Sequence record: NC_015933.1
DNA length: 64,000 bases
Source of the DNA: Escherichia phage vB_EcoP_G7C
Reading direction: 5' to 3' (one strand)
In this document: positions 48,191-58,139 of the stretch, piece by piece
How positions within the stretch are numbered: the stretch's first letter is position 1
Layout: the number at the start of each line of letters is the position of its first letter
The notes under the pieces: generated by a model
What the model was told of the DNA's origin: nothing
What the model saw: the letters and a program-made list of their open reading frames with translations, nothing else
The model's database searches: none
Position numbers and translations under genes: made by a program

Positions 48191-50476
48191 TTACAGGTTC
48201 ATGCCAAGAGCCGATGCTGGGTCTTGGCTAGGGTCATAGTATTGGGAACTAAGTGAATAAGCTGGGTTTTGTTGAGCAGCTAAATCACGTTCTGGTATAG
48301 AGATCCCATCAGTCAAAGTATTATATCCAACAGCTGCAGATATGTTGGGGGTAGTTTCCCCTTCTTTAATAGGTGTTGTCAATGCCTTAGTTATCTGAAG
48401 GTTCTGGTTTCCTTGGGATTGTGCTTTTTGTTTTTCCATATCACGAGCATGTTTAGTACCAGATTCCTGTTCCAGATAATCCAGGTCTTTAAGGTCACCA
48501 CTAGAAGCAGCCTCTTTAGCTTTAGCCATATTGAGTGCAATCTTGCTTTGTAACTCTTCATTCTCAAGCTGTGCTTTCTGAATTGCCAACTGCTTAAGCT
48601 GTTCTTCCATAGGGTCTGGCTGTGGTTGCCAGGTACGTAACTCATGAGCCAGGTCAGGCATACGTTTAAGTTCTGCAATCTTAGCTACGAGAGATAACGT
48701 AATAGTTTGGTCAACCGTATTACCCAATGTTTGAACCATGAAGCTCAGGTCTTGAGATTTCTGGTCTTGAGATTTCTGGTTATCAATTTCAGCAGTATTA
48801 ATATCAACCTCAATGTCGAAATTACCTTTAAGGTCTTCACGGTTAATCTCTACATACTGCTCGTTAGTAATACGTACTACTTCTTTCTCAGATAAAAACA
48901 CAGCATTCATTGCACAAATCTTAGTACCAATGTCTGCCATACCCTTAGCTAATCGACGAAGGATTGCCATCTCACGTTTGGATGCTGCATCAAGTGCACC
49001 ACGAATACCGGCAGCCACTTCTCCGTAAGCTGAACCAGTTACACCACCGGAGAATGCTTTAACACCAGTTAGTGATTCAGCTTCCTGGTTTTGCATCTGG
49101 GTCATTATTATTGCCGACTGAGGTAACTCAGGGAACTTATGCTCCATAATGGCCTGACTAGGGTTACCCTGCATTGGGTTATATTCATAGTCTTGTCCAT
49201 CGTCATATCGACGACGGTTCAGTGTATCCAGCATTCCTTTAGGGTAACCACGTTGTCCATTTGCACTTCGACCTAACAGGTCAATCATCCCTCGCATAGT
49301 TGCACCAAGAATTGCTTGGTTATCCCCCAACAGTTCAGCATCAGCTTCGCCAAAGAGTTCACGTTTACGTGGCATATAAGGAACAACTACTAAAGGTAAT
49401 TTACCGTCAGGGAATGGGTTCCTCTCCATGCGAATAAGGGTAGAACCAATCCAGGTAGCAACAATAGGTTCCAGAGAACCATCATCATTAATGTCGTAAA
49501 ATCCCCAGTACTCATAAGCAACAACCTTCTTACGAAGTGCATCCTTAAACTGGAAGTCACTAGGAGTTTTACTTTCATGGTCTGGGTCAGTCATAGGACT
49601 GGAACTTTCCCAGTCAATCTTATCTAAATTGTGATAACGGTCCTTATTCTTCATGAGGTCTGCTTTGCATGTCTCAAAAGAGATAACTGCATACAGAGCC
49701 TTATCCAAATCACCATTACAGCTTGGGTCGATAACTACGTTATTAGGGTTAAGCATTTCAACAGTAGGTCTGTTAACCAGTGCCTTCTCTACTTCTACTT
49801 CAGTAACTCCTGTCTGGATTGCATAGGTAGCTTCTCCAGTTTCATTGAAGTAGTTAACAGCTTCTTTAATATCTTCCGGCATTGTTTCATCATACTCACG
49901 AGAATTCTCTGCCTGAAGCTGTAAAGCCTGTTGGAGAACATCTGCCTGTTCCTGGTTCTCAATTGGATACAACTGGAAGACTGGTGTTTCTGTTTTAATC
50001 TTAACAGTCTTACGTTCCCAACCAATACGAGCAATACCAGTACCGTCATCTACAACACTGTGTACGTAATCATCTACTAATTTCACTTTATTAAGCTGGG
50101 TACGAAATTGGTAGTTAAGAACTAATTCATTCTGACGTGCAGCTAATTCATCTTCAAAAGTAACCGGAGTTACTTTAAAGAGTTTATTAGACGAGAGGAA
50201 CGGTTCAGATAATGGAGCATATCGCCACTCTGCCTGACGGCGAACCAGTCTGGGTTGGACTTGAGATCGGCCTTTAACCTTTGGGGGTTTAGCCTTACCT
50301 TTGACTTCCATCAGGTCATTCCACTCACGTATCTGAGCCATAATCGCATCGTGAGCAGGTTTAGCCGATTCCAAATCACCCTTCAGTAATTGGATACTTG
50401 GTTCCTTCTTCCAGTCCGTTAACTTCTCTGATTGAGCCGGGTCTGGTAAAGGCTTAAAAGTGTCTTGGTGTTCCAT
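48191..50476 (-). CDS. Portal protein (by size and position)
   Basis: 761-aa ORF downstream of the lysis cassette and upstream of head genes; AGGA RBS; contains an in-frame 15-bp tandem duplication. Confidence 0.7.
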   Translation of the reverse strand: MEHQDTFKPLPDPAQSEKLTDWKKEPSIQLLKGDLESAKPAHDAIMAQIREWNDLMEVKGKAKPPKVKGRSQVQPRLVRRQAEWRYAPLSEPFLSSNKLFKVTPVTFEDELAARQNELVLNYQFRTQLNKVKLVDDYVHSVVDDGTGIARIGWERKTVKIKTETPVFQLYPIENQEQADVLQQALQLQAENSREYDETMPEDIKEAVNYFNETGEATYAIQTGVTEVEVEKALVNRPTVEMLNPNNVVIDPSCNGDLDKALYAVISFETCKADLMKNKDRYHNLDKIDWESSSPMTDPDHESKTPSDFQFKDALRKKVVAYEYWGFYDINDDGSLEPIVATWIGSTLIRMERNPFPDGKLPLVVVPYMPRKRELFGEADAELLGDNQAILGATMRGMIDLLGRSANGQRGYPKGMLDTLNRRRYDDGQDYEYNPMQGNPSQAIMEHKFPELPQSAIIMTQMQNQEAESLTGVKAFSGGVTGSAYGEVAAGIRGALDAASKREMAILRRLAKGMADIGTKICAMNAVFLSEKEVVRITNEQYVEINREDLKGNFDIEVDINTAEIDNQKSQDQKSQDLSFMVQTLGNTVDQTITLSLVAKIAELKRMPDLAHELRTWQPQPDPMEEQLKQLAIQKAQLENEELQSKIALNMAKAKEAASSGDLKDLDYLEQESGTKHARDMEKQKAQSQGNQNLQITKALTTPIKEGETTPNISAAVGYNTLTDGISIPERDLAAQQNPAYSLSSQYYDPSQDPASALGMNL
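48750..48779. repeat. Perfect 15-bp tandem duplication (TCTTGAGATTTCTGG x2) inside the portal gene
   Basis: Two adjacent identical 15-mers; in-frame, encoding [10 protein letters not shown]. Confidence 0.9.
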
Positions 50477-50484
50477 AGTTAATC

Positions 50485-50985
50485 CTATTCAAAAAGTTTA
50501 CGGTCAGCCTGAATTTGTTTACCCAACTCAATTAGTTGGTTGTCACGGAGTCTAACAGTTGCCCGGAGTTCTTCAACCAAACGTCTGCCTTCTTCAAGAC
50601 TGTTGTCGAGTCTGGCTGCATGGCTTGCAAGACTTCTGCACTCAAGGGTTCCGGCTTCGGCTTGACGTTTATATACCGATGCTCGTCTTTCAGACTGTTG
50701 CATCCGGCTGTCGTAATCACTACTAACGCGAGCAAGCTCGCTTGCGTAATTACTCTCAGCCGTCTGCAACCGGGAAGTGAGTAACCCGACTTCATAACTA
50801 TGGTTTCTTTGGAGAGCATTGTATTTGTCCTGTAGTTCTTGCGTTGCCTTCTGATCTTCAACCTTTTGGGCATCCCACTTCTTTTGAACAGTAGACTGTC
50901 CATTGGAATTACCCCAAAAGTAAATGGTGGCCCCGAGGACCACCACCAGAAGATAAGGCCAACCTTTAGAGATTAGCATCTTCAT
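50485..50985 (-). CDS. i-spanin (Rz-like): N-terminal TM anchor plus periplasmic coiled coil
   Basis: ATG at 50985 with TGGAGG RBS; TM segment [17 protein letters not shown]; remainder charged, helical, Q/E/R-rich. Confidence 0.7.
   Translation of the reverse strand: MKMLISKGWPYLLVVVLGATIYFWGNSNGQSTVQKKWDAQKVEDQKATQELQDKYNALQRNHSYEVGLLTSRLQTAESNYASELARVSSDYDSRMQQSERRASVYKRQAEAGTLECRSLASHAARLDNSLEEGRRLVEELRATVRLRDNQLIELGKQIQADRKLFE
50532..50819 (-). CDS. o-spanin (Rz1-like lipoprotein) embedded in the i-spanin gene in another frame
   Basis: Signal peptide with lipobox-like …[14 protein letters not shown]; short Pro-containing mature part; entirely inside 50485-50985; start could be 50819 or 50795. 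Confidence 0.55.
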   Translation of the reverse strand: MLSKETIVMKSGYSLPGCRRLRVITQASLLALVVITTAGCNSLKDEHRYINVKPKPEPLSAEVLQAMQPDSTTVLKKADVWLKNSGQLLDSVTTN

Positions 50986-51601
50986 TACATGCCTCCAGTG
51001 GTACATTACCGATTCGGTTAGCTACCCAACCATACGTAAAGTCTGGCATGTTCAATGAGGTGTAGTGGTTCAATTGTTTAGCATCAAGCAACTTAATCAT
51101 TACCTGACATGCTGCAACTTTGCCTCGTTTTTTCTGCAATGCTTTATATGCATTAACAGTACCTGCACCGACTTTACCATCAACTTGTACTTTAGGGTAG
51201 TCTTTGCCATTACGGGACATTTCATTAAGAGATTGCTGCAACCACTTAGCTGGTCTGGTTACACCGGTATTAACACCAGCATCAACCAGTTTGTATGTTA
51301 CAGCAGGAGATATATCAGCGAAGGCTACGAAGTTAGGTTTAATAACGTAGTCATCAATGTATATCTCAGCAGCCATCTCTTTCGATAAACCTTTCATGGA
51401 ACCATCCCAACCATACTCAGTAGCCAGAACTTCTTGGTGAGACTTAGCTACTGAATGGGTAATACCATGATTAGTTTCCCCACCTGGGTCACGAGGATTG
51501 TTTACGTACCCTCCTTCCATATAGAACACTGCCCCCAGAATAGCAGCGATAACTCCTCCCACTGCACCCCCTTTTGCAGCAAGTTTCTGTTTAGCTTTCA
51601 T
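50966..51601 (-). CDS. Endolysin: GH108-family N-acetylmuramidase with N-terminal signal-anchor (SAR-like) segment
   Basis: GH108 signature EGGYVNNPRDPGGETNHGIT; N-terminal Gly/Ala-rich hydrophobic stretch GGAVGGVIAAILGAVF; AAGGAAG RBS. Confidence 0.85.
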   Translation of the reverse strand: MKAKQKLAAKGGAVGGVIAAILGAVFYMEGGYVNNPRDPGGETNHGITHSVAKSHQEVLATEYGWDGSMKGLSKEMAAEIYIDDYVIKPNFVAFADISPAVTYKLVDAGVNTGVTRPAKWLQQSLNEMSRNGKDYPKVQVDGKVGAGTVNAYKALQKKRGKVAACQVMIKLLDAKQLNHYTSLNMPDFTYGWVANRIGNVPLEACNEDANL

Positions 51602-51851
51602 GAGAATCTTCCTTTGGATGGAATCGTATTAGTCTGCCCACAATATTTAAAGCAAACAGTGCGATTGTAATACTGGAACCATGTGGAATATCTTCAAGGA
51701 TGTGACGTGGTAGTCCTGTTAGCATTGGTTGGATAATATCTACTGTAGAAAACAGAATTAATCCAAATGCACTAATCTGAACAGATGCCCACTTCCAGGA
51801 CTTCTTCCAGTTAGGAACTAGCCCTATTTTTCTTTTTAGCTTGTGAACCAT
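51591..51851 (-). CDS. Holin candidate (two TM helices)
   Basis: ATG at 51851 with GGGAGAT RBS; hydrophobic helices ISAFGLILFSTVDII and ITIALFALNIVG; immediately upstream of endolysin. Confidence 0.5.
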   Translation of the reverse strand: MVHKLKRKIGLVPNWKKSWKWASVQISAFGLILFSTVDIIQPMLTGLPRHILEDIPHGSSITIALFALNIVGRLIRFHPKEDSHES

Positions 51852-52168
51852 GCGAATATCTCCCGTCTTGCAGCAGCCAATACACCAATAATTGCACCTG
51901 CCCCAGCCCACACCCACTTACCAAAAATTCCAGCACCTGCAACCTTATGTTTAATGGTGATGAACTCTTCGATGGTAGGTTCAGACTTAGTGATGCTCTC
52001 CTCTACCCGTCTAAGTCGGGTACTAAGATCACCCATAGACTCGCTTAGCTTTTTAATAGACTCTTCCATTTTCTCCCTATCCCTCGATTCACGAGTTTGG
52101 TTTTCGAAAATGTTTCTCAGTCTCTCTTCAAGTCTGGCTAGAGTTACGTTATCTGGTTCATTTCCCAT
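51836..52168 (-). CDS. Coiled-coil protein with C-terminal Gly-rich TM anchor (holin/antiholin-like or tail-associated)
   Basis: Charged helical N-terminal region, C-terminal GAGIFGKWVWAGAGAIIGVLAAA. Confidence 0.45.
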   Translation of the reverse strand: MGNEPDNVTLARLEERLRNIFENQTRESRDREKMEESIKKLSESMGDLSTRLRRVEESITKSEPTIEEFITIKHKVAGAGIFGKWVWAGAGAIIGVLAAARREIFAWFTS

Positions 52169-52240
52169 AGGGATTTTCTCAGGTTAGTTAAGTCGTAATT
52201 GACTGAAACAGTCTACATAAAGGTTTGATTGGGGTACAAC

Positions 52241-52264
52241 AAAAAAGCCCCTCCCTCATGGGCT
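52241..52264 (-). terminator. Rho-independent terminator (minus strand)
   Basis: Stem AGCCC/GGGCT; on the minus strand followed by T6. Confidence 0.55.
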
Positions 52265-52290
52265 TCGAAGATTAAATACTTTTTCTGATG

Positions 52291-52316
52291 ATAAAAATAA
52301 CCCCGCCGAAGCGGGG
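52291..52316 (-). terminator. Terminator/attenuator hairpin downstream of the 851-aa tailspike gene
   Basis: 16-nt hairpin CCCCGC-CGAA-GCGGGG followed on the minus strand by a T-rich run; near-identical copy at 54927-54943. Confidence 0.55.
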
Positions 52317-52344
52317 CATAATTTTAGTTAACTGCTATGCCAGA

Positions 52345-54900
52345 TTAGCCCACATTACCAATAGTCATGCTGTACTCAAGAGTAAATAACTGACTAGAAG
52401 CAGACGGGTTATATAATCCTACATAACCAGAGGTAGCTACAGTAGTAGAGAATGCAGACGTAGTTGCCGTGCCATCATCTGACTCTACAGTAAAGGTATG
52501 AGCACCAGTAGAGGAGGAAGTATATTCCCATACTTTAAAGCCTTTATCTTCACGAGTAGTATCACCAAATACTACCCAGTCAGTTGGGTTAGCATTGTTG
52601 AACGTACCGATGCACATATTACCTGCAGCATTCACACCGACTAACACACCAACATTAGTAAGTGGGTTATAGTTAAGTGCAATATAGGTGTTTTTCTTAA
52701 GACCTCTCGGTACAGCCAGATAACCTACAGATGCACCATTATAAAGGTGAGAGTCTGCGGTTTTACTGAACTGAGTACCAGACAAAACTTCACCAAATAC
52801 ACCATAGTCATTGGCGTTAGACTGCTTCATTACTGGAGCAGGACGGGTCATGTTAGGTTCTTTGCTAAGACGAACCATCGGCAGCTTAACCCCATCCGTT
52901 TTGTAAGAACCAAACTTCAGCATAGGGAAGTAAGCATCAGTAGGACTACCATCAATGATATAACGGATAAAGTTCAAACCTTTACGTAATCGCCCCATAT
53001 AGGTAGTAAGGGTTTTGCCACCCCCAAAGTAACTCATGGCAGTCTTGCCATTAAGCACGGTGCGGTAGGCATTAATTTGAGTATTACGTTCTTGGTATTC
53101 ACCGGACTCAAACAATGCTTTGCCCACAGGAGACTCAACACGGATGTTGTGGGATTGCCCAACAACGGCAGCATTAGTCCATGGTTCTAGAAGGGATACA
53201 GTCATACCTTCTTCTTCACACCATACCATTGTGGTCATGGTTACATTTTCATTAGTTACACACTTAGACAGAAAACGGAATACGTTCAGAGCAGGAGCAC
53301 CAGATACAGGTACATACTGTGGTGCATAGTGAGTACCGGAAGGATACCCTACACAATCCCAATAGTTTTCTACAGCAGCCTGAGTGAGCATATCCCCCGG
53401 TCTAACACGACGACAGTACTTATTACCAAGGGTCTGCATATACATCGCATTACCCATAGCCATTTGTCCAAGTTCTTGTGGGTGAGTAGTATCCCAGGTT
53501 CCATCCTTCTTAACATAGTAGTAGTACCCAGTTTGCTCATTGCGGCTACTTGCACTAGTCAGATTTGGTCCCAAGTTAAAATACTCAACACCTAGTTTAT
53601 CTGCCATGTACTTCTTAGTACTAAGCTCAAATGCCATACGTACTGAGTCATTATCGTTGACTGTTACAATACCAACGGCACAACCGTAGCCCCATGCTTT
53701 ACGAACAAACTTGTCAATCTGGTCACGGTAGGTAGCGATACTAGCACTACTGTCATTCCAACCCATTGCAAGGATACATACACGAGGAGCTTCTGCACCA
53801 TAGCGTGTGTTACCGAAGAACCCACGGTCGAAGTTACGATAACCCCAACCGTCGGATAACTTCTTACCAGATACGGAACAGTTAGCTGATTGGTAAATAG
53901 TTTCACCACTACGACGAGACTGTGTGAGCAACAAGCCATTCATCCAGTGTTCAGTCCATGAGTGGGAACCCCCAGATAAAGAATGATTGTATGTACTTGG
54001 GGCATCTAAGTCACCATCTGAGTTAGTTGGCGGAGAACTCCAATCCTGTTTACCCCATGCACCATCAGTAATGGAATCGCCAATGATACCGATACGACAA
54101 AATGTCTGGTCACGGAATGCACAGTATATTTCGTCATTAACGGTTTTATTGTTACCATTCATTGAAGCAGCAATGTCAAACGTATGGTCCTTTGCATACC
54201 ACTGGTTTTTAACAATAAGTTTGCCTTCCCCAACAAACTTACGGACATCATCATCGGGTAGTAAGTTACAACGAATGGTAACACCATTAGGGATAAAGAT
54301 TTTACCGGGGAAAGCATAAGCAGCTGCACGGTTATCCGTAGTAGTATTAACAACAATACCAGGAACATCATATACGGAAGTAGAACCAACAGGAGGAATT
54401 AGACCATTGTTTAATTCTTGTCGTATTAATTCATCATTAGCAATAACCCATGCAGTGGGAGAAATACCACCTGCACTAACCGGGGTAGAGTTAAGTGGTA
54501 CGCTCTTGGGTAACCCACCAGCCCAGCGATACTGCGTGCCATTATGAGTAAGCAATTCATTCTTGGTCTGTATAACTGAGCCAGAAGTAAACGTATCCGG
54601 TAAAGTTACATATTCTTTGCGAGTAACAGCTAATGCACCTAAGTCCACGCTACCAGCAGAGTGAACTAATACACCAGCAGGACTAAGGCTTATAGCAGTA
54701 ACACCTGAACCAATGTTAGCAGGTAAGGAATAAGCACGCTGTGTCCCTTTGTCGTAGATGACTTTGTAACCACTTAGTACAGCACCCACTGAGAAGTAAA
54801 CAACCTCAGATTGTTTAACCCCAAAGTGACGTGCTATTGCTTGTTTATTGGTTAGGATTCCTGTTGAACCCTTACCGCCTTGTGAGAACATTTCGTTCAT
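52345..54900 (-). CDS. Tailspike with SGNH/GDSL esterase domain (candidate surface-polysaccharide deacetylase)
   Basis: GDSL block RIGIIGDSITDGAWG (Ser at nt 54073-54081); N-terminal ~160 aa similar to an internal domain of the upstream 1063-aa tailspike; AAGAGG RBS. Confidence 0.85.
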   Translation of the reverse strand: MNEMFSQGGKGSTGILTNKQAIARHFGVKQSEVVYFSVGAVLSGYKVIYDKGTQRAYSLPANIGSGVTAISLSPAGVLVHSAGSVDLGALAVTRKEYVTLPDTFTSGSVIQTKNELLTHNGTQYRWAGGLPKSVPLNSTPVSAGGISPTAWVIANDELIRQELNNGLIPPVGSTSVYDVPGIVVNTTTDNRAAAYAFPGKIFIPNGVTIRCNLLPDDDVRKFVGEGKLIVKNQWYAKDHTFDIAASMNGNNKTVNDEIYCAFRDQTFCRIGIIGDSITDGAWGKQDWSSPPTNSDGDLDAPSTYNHSLSGGSHSWTEHWMNGLLLTQSRRSGETIYQSANCSVSGKKLSDGWGYRNFDRGFFGNTRYGAEAPRVCILAMGWNDSSASIATYRDQIDKFVRKAWGYGCAVGIVTVNDNDSVRMAFELSTKKYMADKLGVEYFNLGPNLTSASSRNEQTGYYYYVKKDGTWDTTHPQELGQMAMGNAMYMQTLGNKYCRRVRPGDMLTQAAVENYWDCVGYPSGTHYAPQYVPVSGAPALNVFRFLSKCVTNENVTMTTMVWCEEEGMTVSLLEPWTNAAVVGQSHNIRVESPVGKALFESGEYQERNTQINAYRTVLNGKTAMSYFGGGKTLTTYMGRLRKGLNFIRYIIDGSPTDAYFPMLKFGSYKTDGVKLPMVRLSKEPNMTRPAPVMKQSNANDYGVFGEVLSGTQFSKTADSHLYNGASVGYLAVPRGLKKNTYIALNYNPLTNVGVLVGVNAAGNMCIGTFNNANPTDWVVFGDTTREDKGFKVWEYTSSSTGAHTFTVESDDGTATTSAFSTTVATSGYVGLYNPSASSQLFTLEYSMTIGNVG

Positions 54901-54926
54901 ATAAACCTCTTTGTTTTTCTAAGAAA

Positions 54927-54943
54927 CCCCGCCGAAGCGGGGG
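54927..54943 (-). promoter_or_regulatory. Intergenic hairpin between the two tailspike genes (attenuator or processing site)
   Basis: CCCCGC-CGAA-GCGGGGG, same hairpin as 52301-52316. Confidence 0.5.
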
Positions 54944-54947
54944 TATT

Positions 54948-57900
54948 CTACCTGATAATGAACTTACCGAGGCTCATATCATTTATCAGAGTTGCAACTA
55001 TGTTTGCCAGTTGGGTGGTTGTTAACGTGTTCACATCACCACCACGCAACTGTCCGGCGTTTGTGAATGGGAACTGCTGAGGCTGAGCGCTATTGTAAAA
55101 CTGGTTCCCCTCTTCATACCGAGAAGACGGCGTAGAAGTGTAAAGGATTCCTTTAGTAGTCGCAGGAACAGAACAATTCACGATGTTTACATGACCAGCG
55201 ATGCCAACGCACTCGATAGGGCGATCAACAGTACCAAACGGTTGAACACCAACCAGGCGATGCACGTTCAAGCTCTGAGCTGCCTGCGCGTACAGATAAG
55301 AACTAGGCTGCCCGTTAACACCTCTGATGTTCCAGTTGTCTACTTCAATGTGTCGGGCATTATGAATCTGACAGATTGCTTGACCGTCTGCATCAGGAAA
55401 TGCACCAACAATACGCACGTTCTTCATAGTGATATCGGAAGTAGCTGTTGCGTTCAACCCGCAGTTAATCATAACAGCTTTAGAACCAGATTGTGTGCAG
55501 TGGATTGTCAGCCCGTCGAATTCAATATCGCCTAGATTTACTGTGTGAGAGGAGCCATCCTTACGCAAAAAGAATACAGCCCAATCTGTGTGTCCTGTTA
55601 TTAAGATATTACTAAATCGCAGGCGTGTGCAGACTACCGGATAATATCGACAGAGGATTGGCTGTGAACAATTCTTGATTGTGATGTTGTCATACGTGAC
55701 ATCACTGGAACCCTCAATCGCAATACCCGCATTACATGCTTCAATGTAAGCACCGGTCACACTTCCGTTGGTGAAGTTTGCGCGGATGCCATGCGATTCA
55801 CAGTTCTTAATTGTTACGTTGCTAATGTTGACGCGAGTAATTGCAGTACCATTACCACCACCAACGCCAGTAACCAAATCTTCAGACTGAAGACGCAAAC
55901 CGTTACCGCCGGACCCATTAATACTAATATCATGAATCATCACATTAAGCGTGCGACCGGGACGTGCTGAAGTCATAAACACAGAAGATGCCCATGTGTC
56001 TCTAGTACGGATATGATGTATATGTGCTTCTGTTGCGTTCCCAACAATAATCGCCATGCCCTGACGGTTGCTGCCGTCCGGCTGTTGGATTTCTCCCCGC
56101 CCACAATCGTGAGAATACAAGTTGTTTGCAAGCGCCCATCTTCCATAATCCATTGTTACGTTACTGTTCCATGCCCCCTGCAATTCACACCCAGAAAGCT
56201 CAAGCGTACCAGCAGATTGCATAGCCAACCCAACGCCAGGGTCAAATGACGCATCCTGTCGGTAGAAATCAAAAAGGAAGTTACCGACAATGCGGATGTC
56301 ATAAGGGGTATAGTCATATTCATTGTTTGTATCATTCCATGTTCTCGGTGAACGCAGCCAGAACTGACGTGAATCTACCGTCACTTTCGGTAATAGCGGT
56401 TTGAGGTGAATATCCCCCTGGATGGTGAATATACCCTCAACTGTAACCGGTGAATAGCCAATGTAAATATTACCTGCCTTTGGTAGTAGGCGTGAAAGCT
56501 GCGCATCGTTCTGCGCAATCTTCCAGCCAGTGATCACTTCGTTGAAGAACGAAGCCGGATATAGCTCGTGAGCGCCGTTAATGACGGTCTGGTCGAAACT
56601 GGTGACTGTCACAGATGACGTAAGCGCGGAACCCAACATCATCAGATTGCCACTCACCCTGACAAACAGTACTCCTGACGGAATAACATCACCGACAGAC
56701 AACGAACGGTTATTTTCTGTTGGGAAGCACGAACCACCGTAAAAACCTGATGGTATGTTGGTGGTAAAACTATTGTATTCTACCCAGGCGTTTGCCGATA
56801 CTCCGCCAGTATTTATCGGCGTAGAGTTAGCCCCCACTGTTTTTGGTAAGGTTCCACCCCAGGCGTAGCACTGACCAGCAGCAACATGCCATACGACATC
56901 TAATTTGCTAGTAACTGTTGCACCCTCCTCAAAACTACCATCAACAAGCGTTAAGCCAGCCTCTGCAAGACTACGACGCCATAGTTCTCTGGTATTTCGC
57001 TGTTGGTAGGAATCCAGCAGAGTAACAGTAATATTTCCGGGGGAATAAGTTAACTGCCCATTGGAGACAGCGTTGATGTAAACATTAGTAGGTAGAGTGG
57101 GTAACCCATAAATGTGTTGTGTAACTACATCATAAATTACCTTCTTACCATTAAGTACCTGAGTAGTATCCGTACTAAGGATTACTTCAGAATCTTTTAC
57201 GTTAGCTGCACGAGCCACTTCCTGAATAGTGTGGTCTGTTATTTCAAGTACCTTAGCTTCCCCGCCCAACTGAACAATAAGACGATCATTCGTAGCCAAG
57301 GGTTCAGTAAGAAGGATTCGGTTATTGTCTGAGTCAATCGTATAGGAGTTATTAGTTAACCCTTTATGGAAACGTAAACCATTCTTGTATACAGCAGGTA
57401 CAGCCTGGAAAGTGAAAGGAATATCAATTACCTGCTCCCCACCAACAGCAGCACCATGATTGTACAACCAGTTAATAGTTACCCAGTCGGATACGTTAGG
57501 GTTATCCGGTGTAGCAGGAACACCTGTACGCATAACAACAACAAAGTCACCCTGCTCCAGTGGAGTAGTAAACTTAATCTCAAAAGCTACTGGGTCATAC
57601 TCAAAATCGTAACCCTCAGTCTGCCAATCACCATTAACAATCATAAATGGTGCACCAGCCGTTTCATCAGGGATACGAATGGTAGTCTCACCTCCATTAG
57701 CTGAACCAGAATTATAAATCCAGGGGATGTAGCCACCATCGTTAGATTTATCAGCACCAGTATCCGAACCGGTAGTAGCTACCTTAACCCACGAACCAGT
57801 TGCAGTAGTATCGTCTGGTAGGATACCGGTACGGTCACCCTCTACGTACAAGTAGTCAGTAACCTGACGGTCACCAGCAGGAGTCTTGTCATAGATACGA

Positions 57901-58139
57901 GCAAAGGAGGCCTTAGTAGTTAACGCCTTAAGCTCTGCCTCAGACTGTACACCTAGAACCATTCCATACTGGTTCAGGAAATCATAGATAAGTTTTAGGT
58001 TACCCAGGTTACAGTAGACAGTACGAACCACATGGTAAGCATTACCGAGTAGTGCATCTACCATTGGGTCGTTGGATTTATTCTGGCAGTAAGGATTGGA
58101 CCAATCCTGATTTGCATCGAAGGGGGTATGTGCGTTCAT
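54948..58139 (-). CDS. Tailspike/tail fibre with tandem N-terminal particle-binding domains and C-terminal right-handed beta-helix (depolymerase-like)
   Basis: ATG at 58139 is 6 nt after GAGG (ORF-track ATG 58145 lacks spacing); two repeated N-terminal modules (IPWIYNSGSANGGETTIRIP / INWLYNHGAAVGGEQVIDIP); C-terminal beta-helix-like repeats (NVTIKNCESHGIRANFTNG…TYDNITIKNCS). Confidence 0.85.
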   Translation of the reverse strand: MNAHTPFDANQDWSNPYCQNKSNDPMVDALLGNAYHVVRTVYCNLGNLKLIYDFLNQYGMVLGVQSEAELKALTTKASFARIYDKTPAGDRQVTDYLYVEGDRTGILPDDTTATGSWVKVATTGSDTGADKSNDGGYIPWIYNSGSANGGETTIRIPDETAGAPFMIVNGDWQTEGYDFEYDPVAFEIKFTTPLEQGDFVVVMRTGVPATPDNPNVSDWVTINWLYNHGAAVGGEQVIDIPFTFQAVPAVYKNGLRFHKGLTNNSYTIDSDNNRILLTEPLATNDRLIVQLGGEAKVLEITDHTIQEVARAANVKDSEVILSTDTTQVLNGKKVIYDVVTQHIYGLPTLPTNVYINAVSNGQLTYSPGNITVTLLDSYQQRNTRELWRRSLAEAGLTLVDGSFEEGATVTSKLDVVWHVAAGQCYAWGGTLPKTVGANSTPINTGGVSANAWVEYNSFTTNIPSGFYGGSCFPTENNRSLSVGDVIPSGVLFVRVSGNLMMLGSALTSSVTVTSFDQTVINGAHELYPASFFNEVITGWKIAQNDAQLSRLLPKAGNIYIGYSPVTVEGIFTIQGDIHLKPLLPKVTVDSRQFWLRSPRTWNDTNNEYDYTPYDIRIVGNFLFDFYRQDASFDPGVGLAMQSAGTLELSGCELQGAWNSNVTMDYGRWALANNLYSHDCGRGEIQQPDGSNRQGMAIIVGNATEAHIHHIRTRDTWASSVFMTSARPGRTLNVMIHDISINGSGGNGLRLQSEDLVTGVGGGNGTAITRVNISNVTIKNCESHGIRANFTNGSVTGAYIEACNAGIAIEGSSDVTYDNITIKNCSQPILCRYYPVVCTRLRFSNILITGHTDWAVFFLRKDGSSHTVNLGDIEFDGLTIHCTQSGSKAVMINCGLNATATSDITMKNVRIVGAFPDADGQAICQIHNARHIEVDNWNIRGVNGQPSSYLYAQAAQSLNVHRLVGVQPFGTVDRPIECVGIAGHVNIVNCSVPATTKGILYTSTPSSRYEEGNQFYNSAQPQQFPFTNAGQLRGGDVNTLTTTQLANIVATLINDMSLGKFIIR

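Noticed and set aside
52301-52316. Interpreting the CCCCGCCGAAGCGGGG hairpins as N4-type vRNAP promoter hairpins
   Set aside because: They lie downstream of late genes on the late transcript, and the loop is 4 nt rather than the 3-nt loop expected from memory
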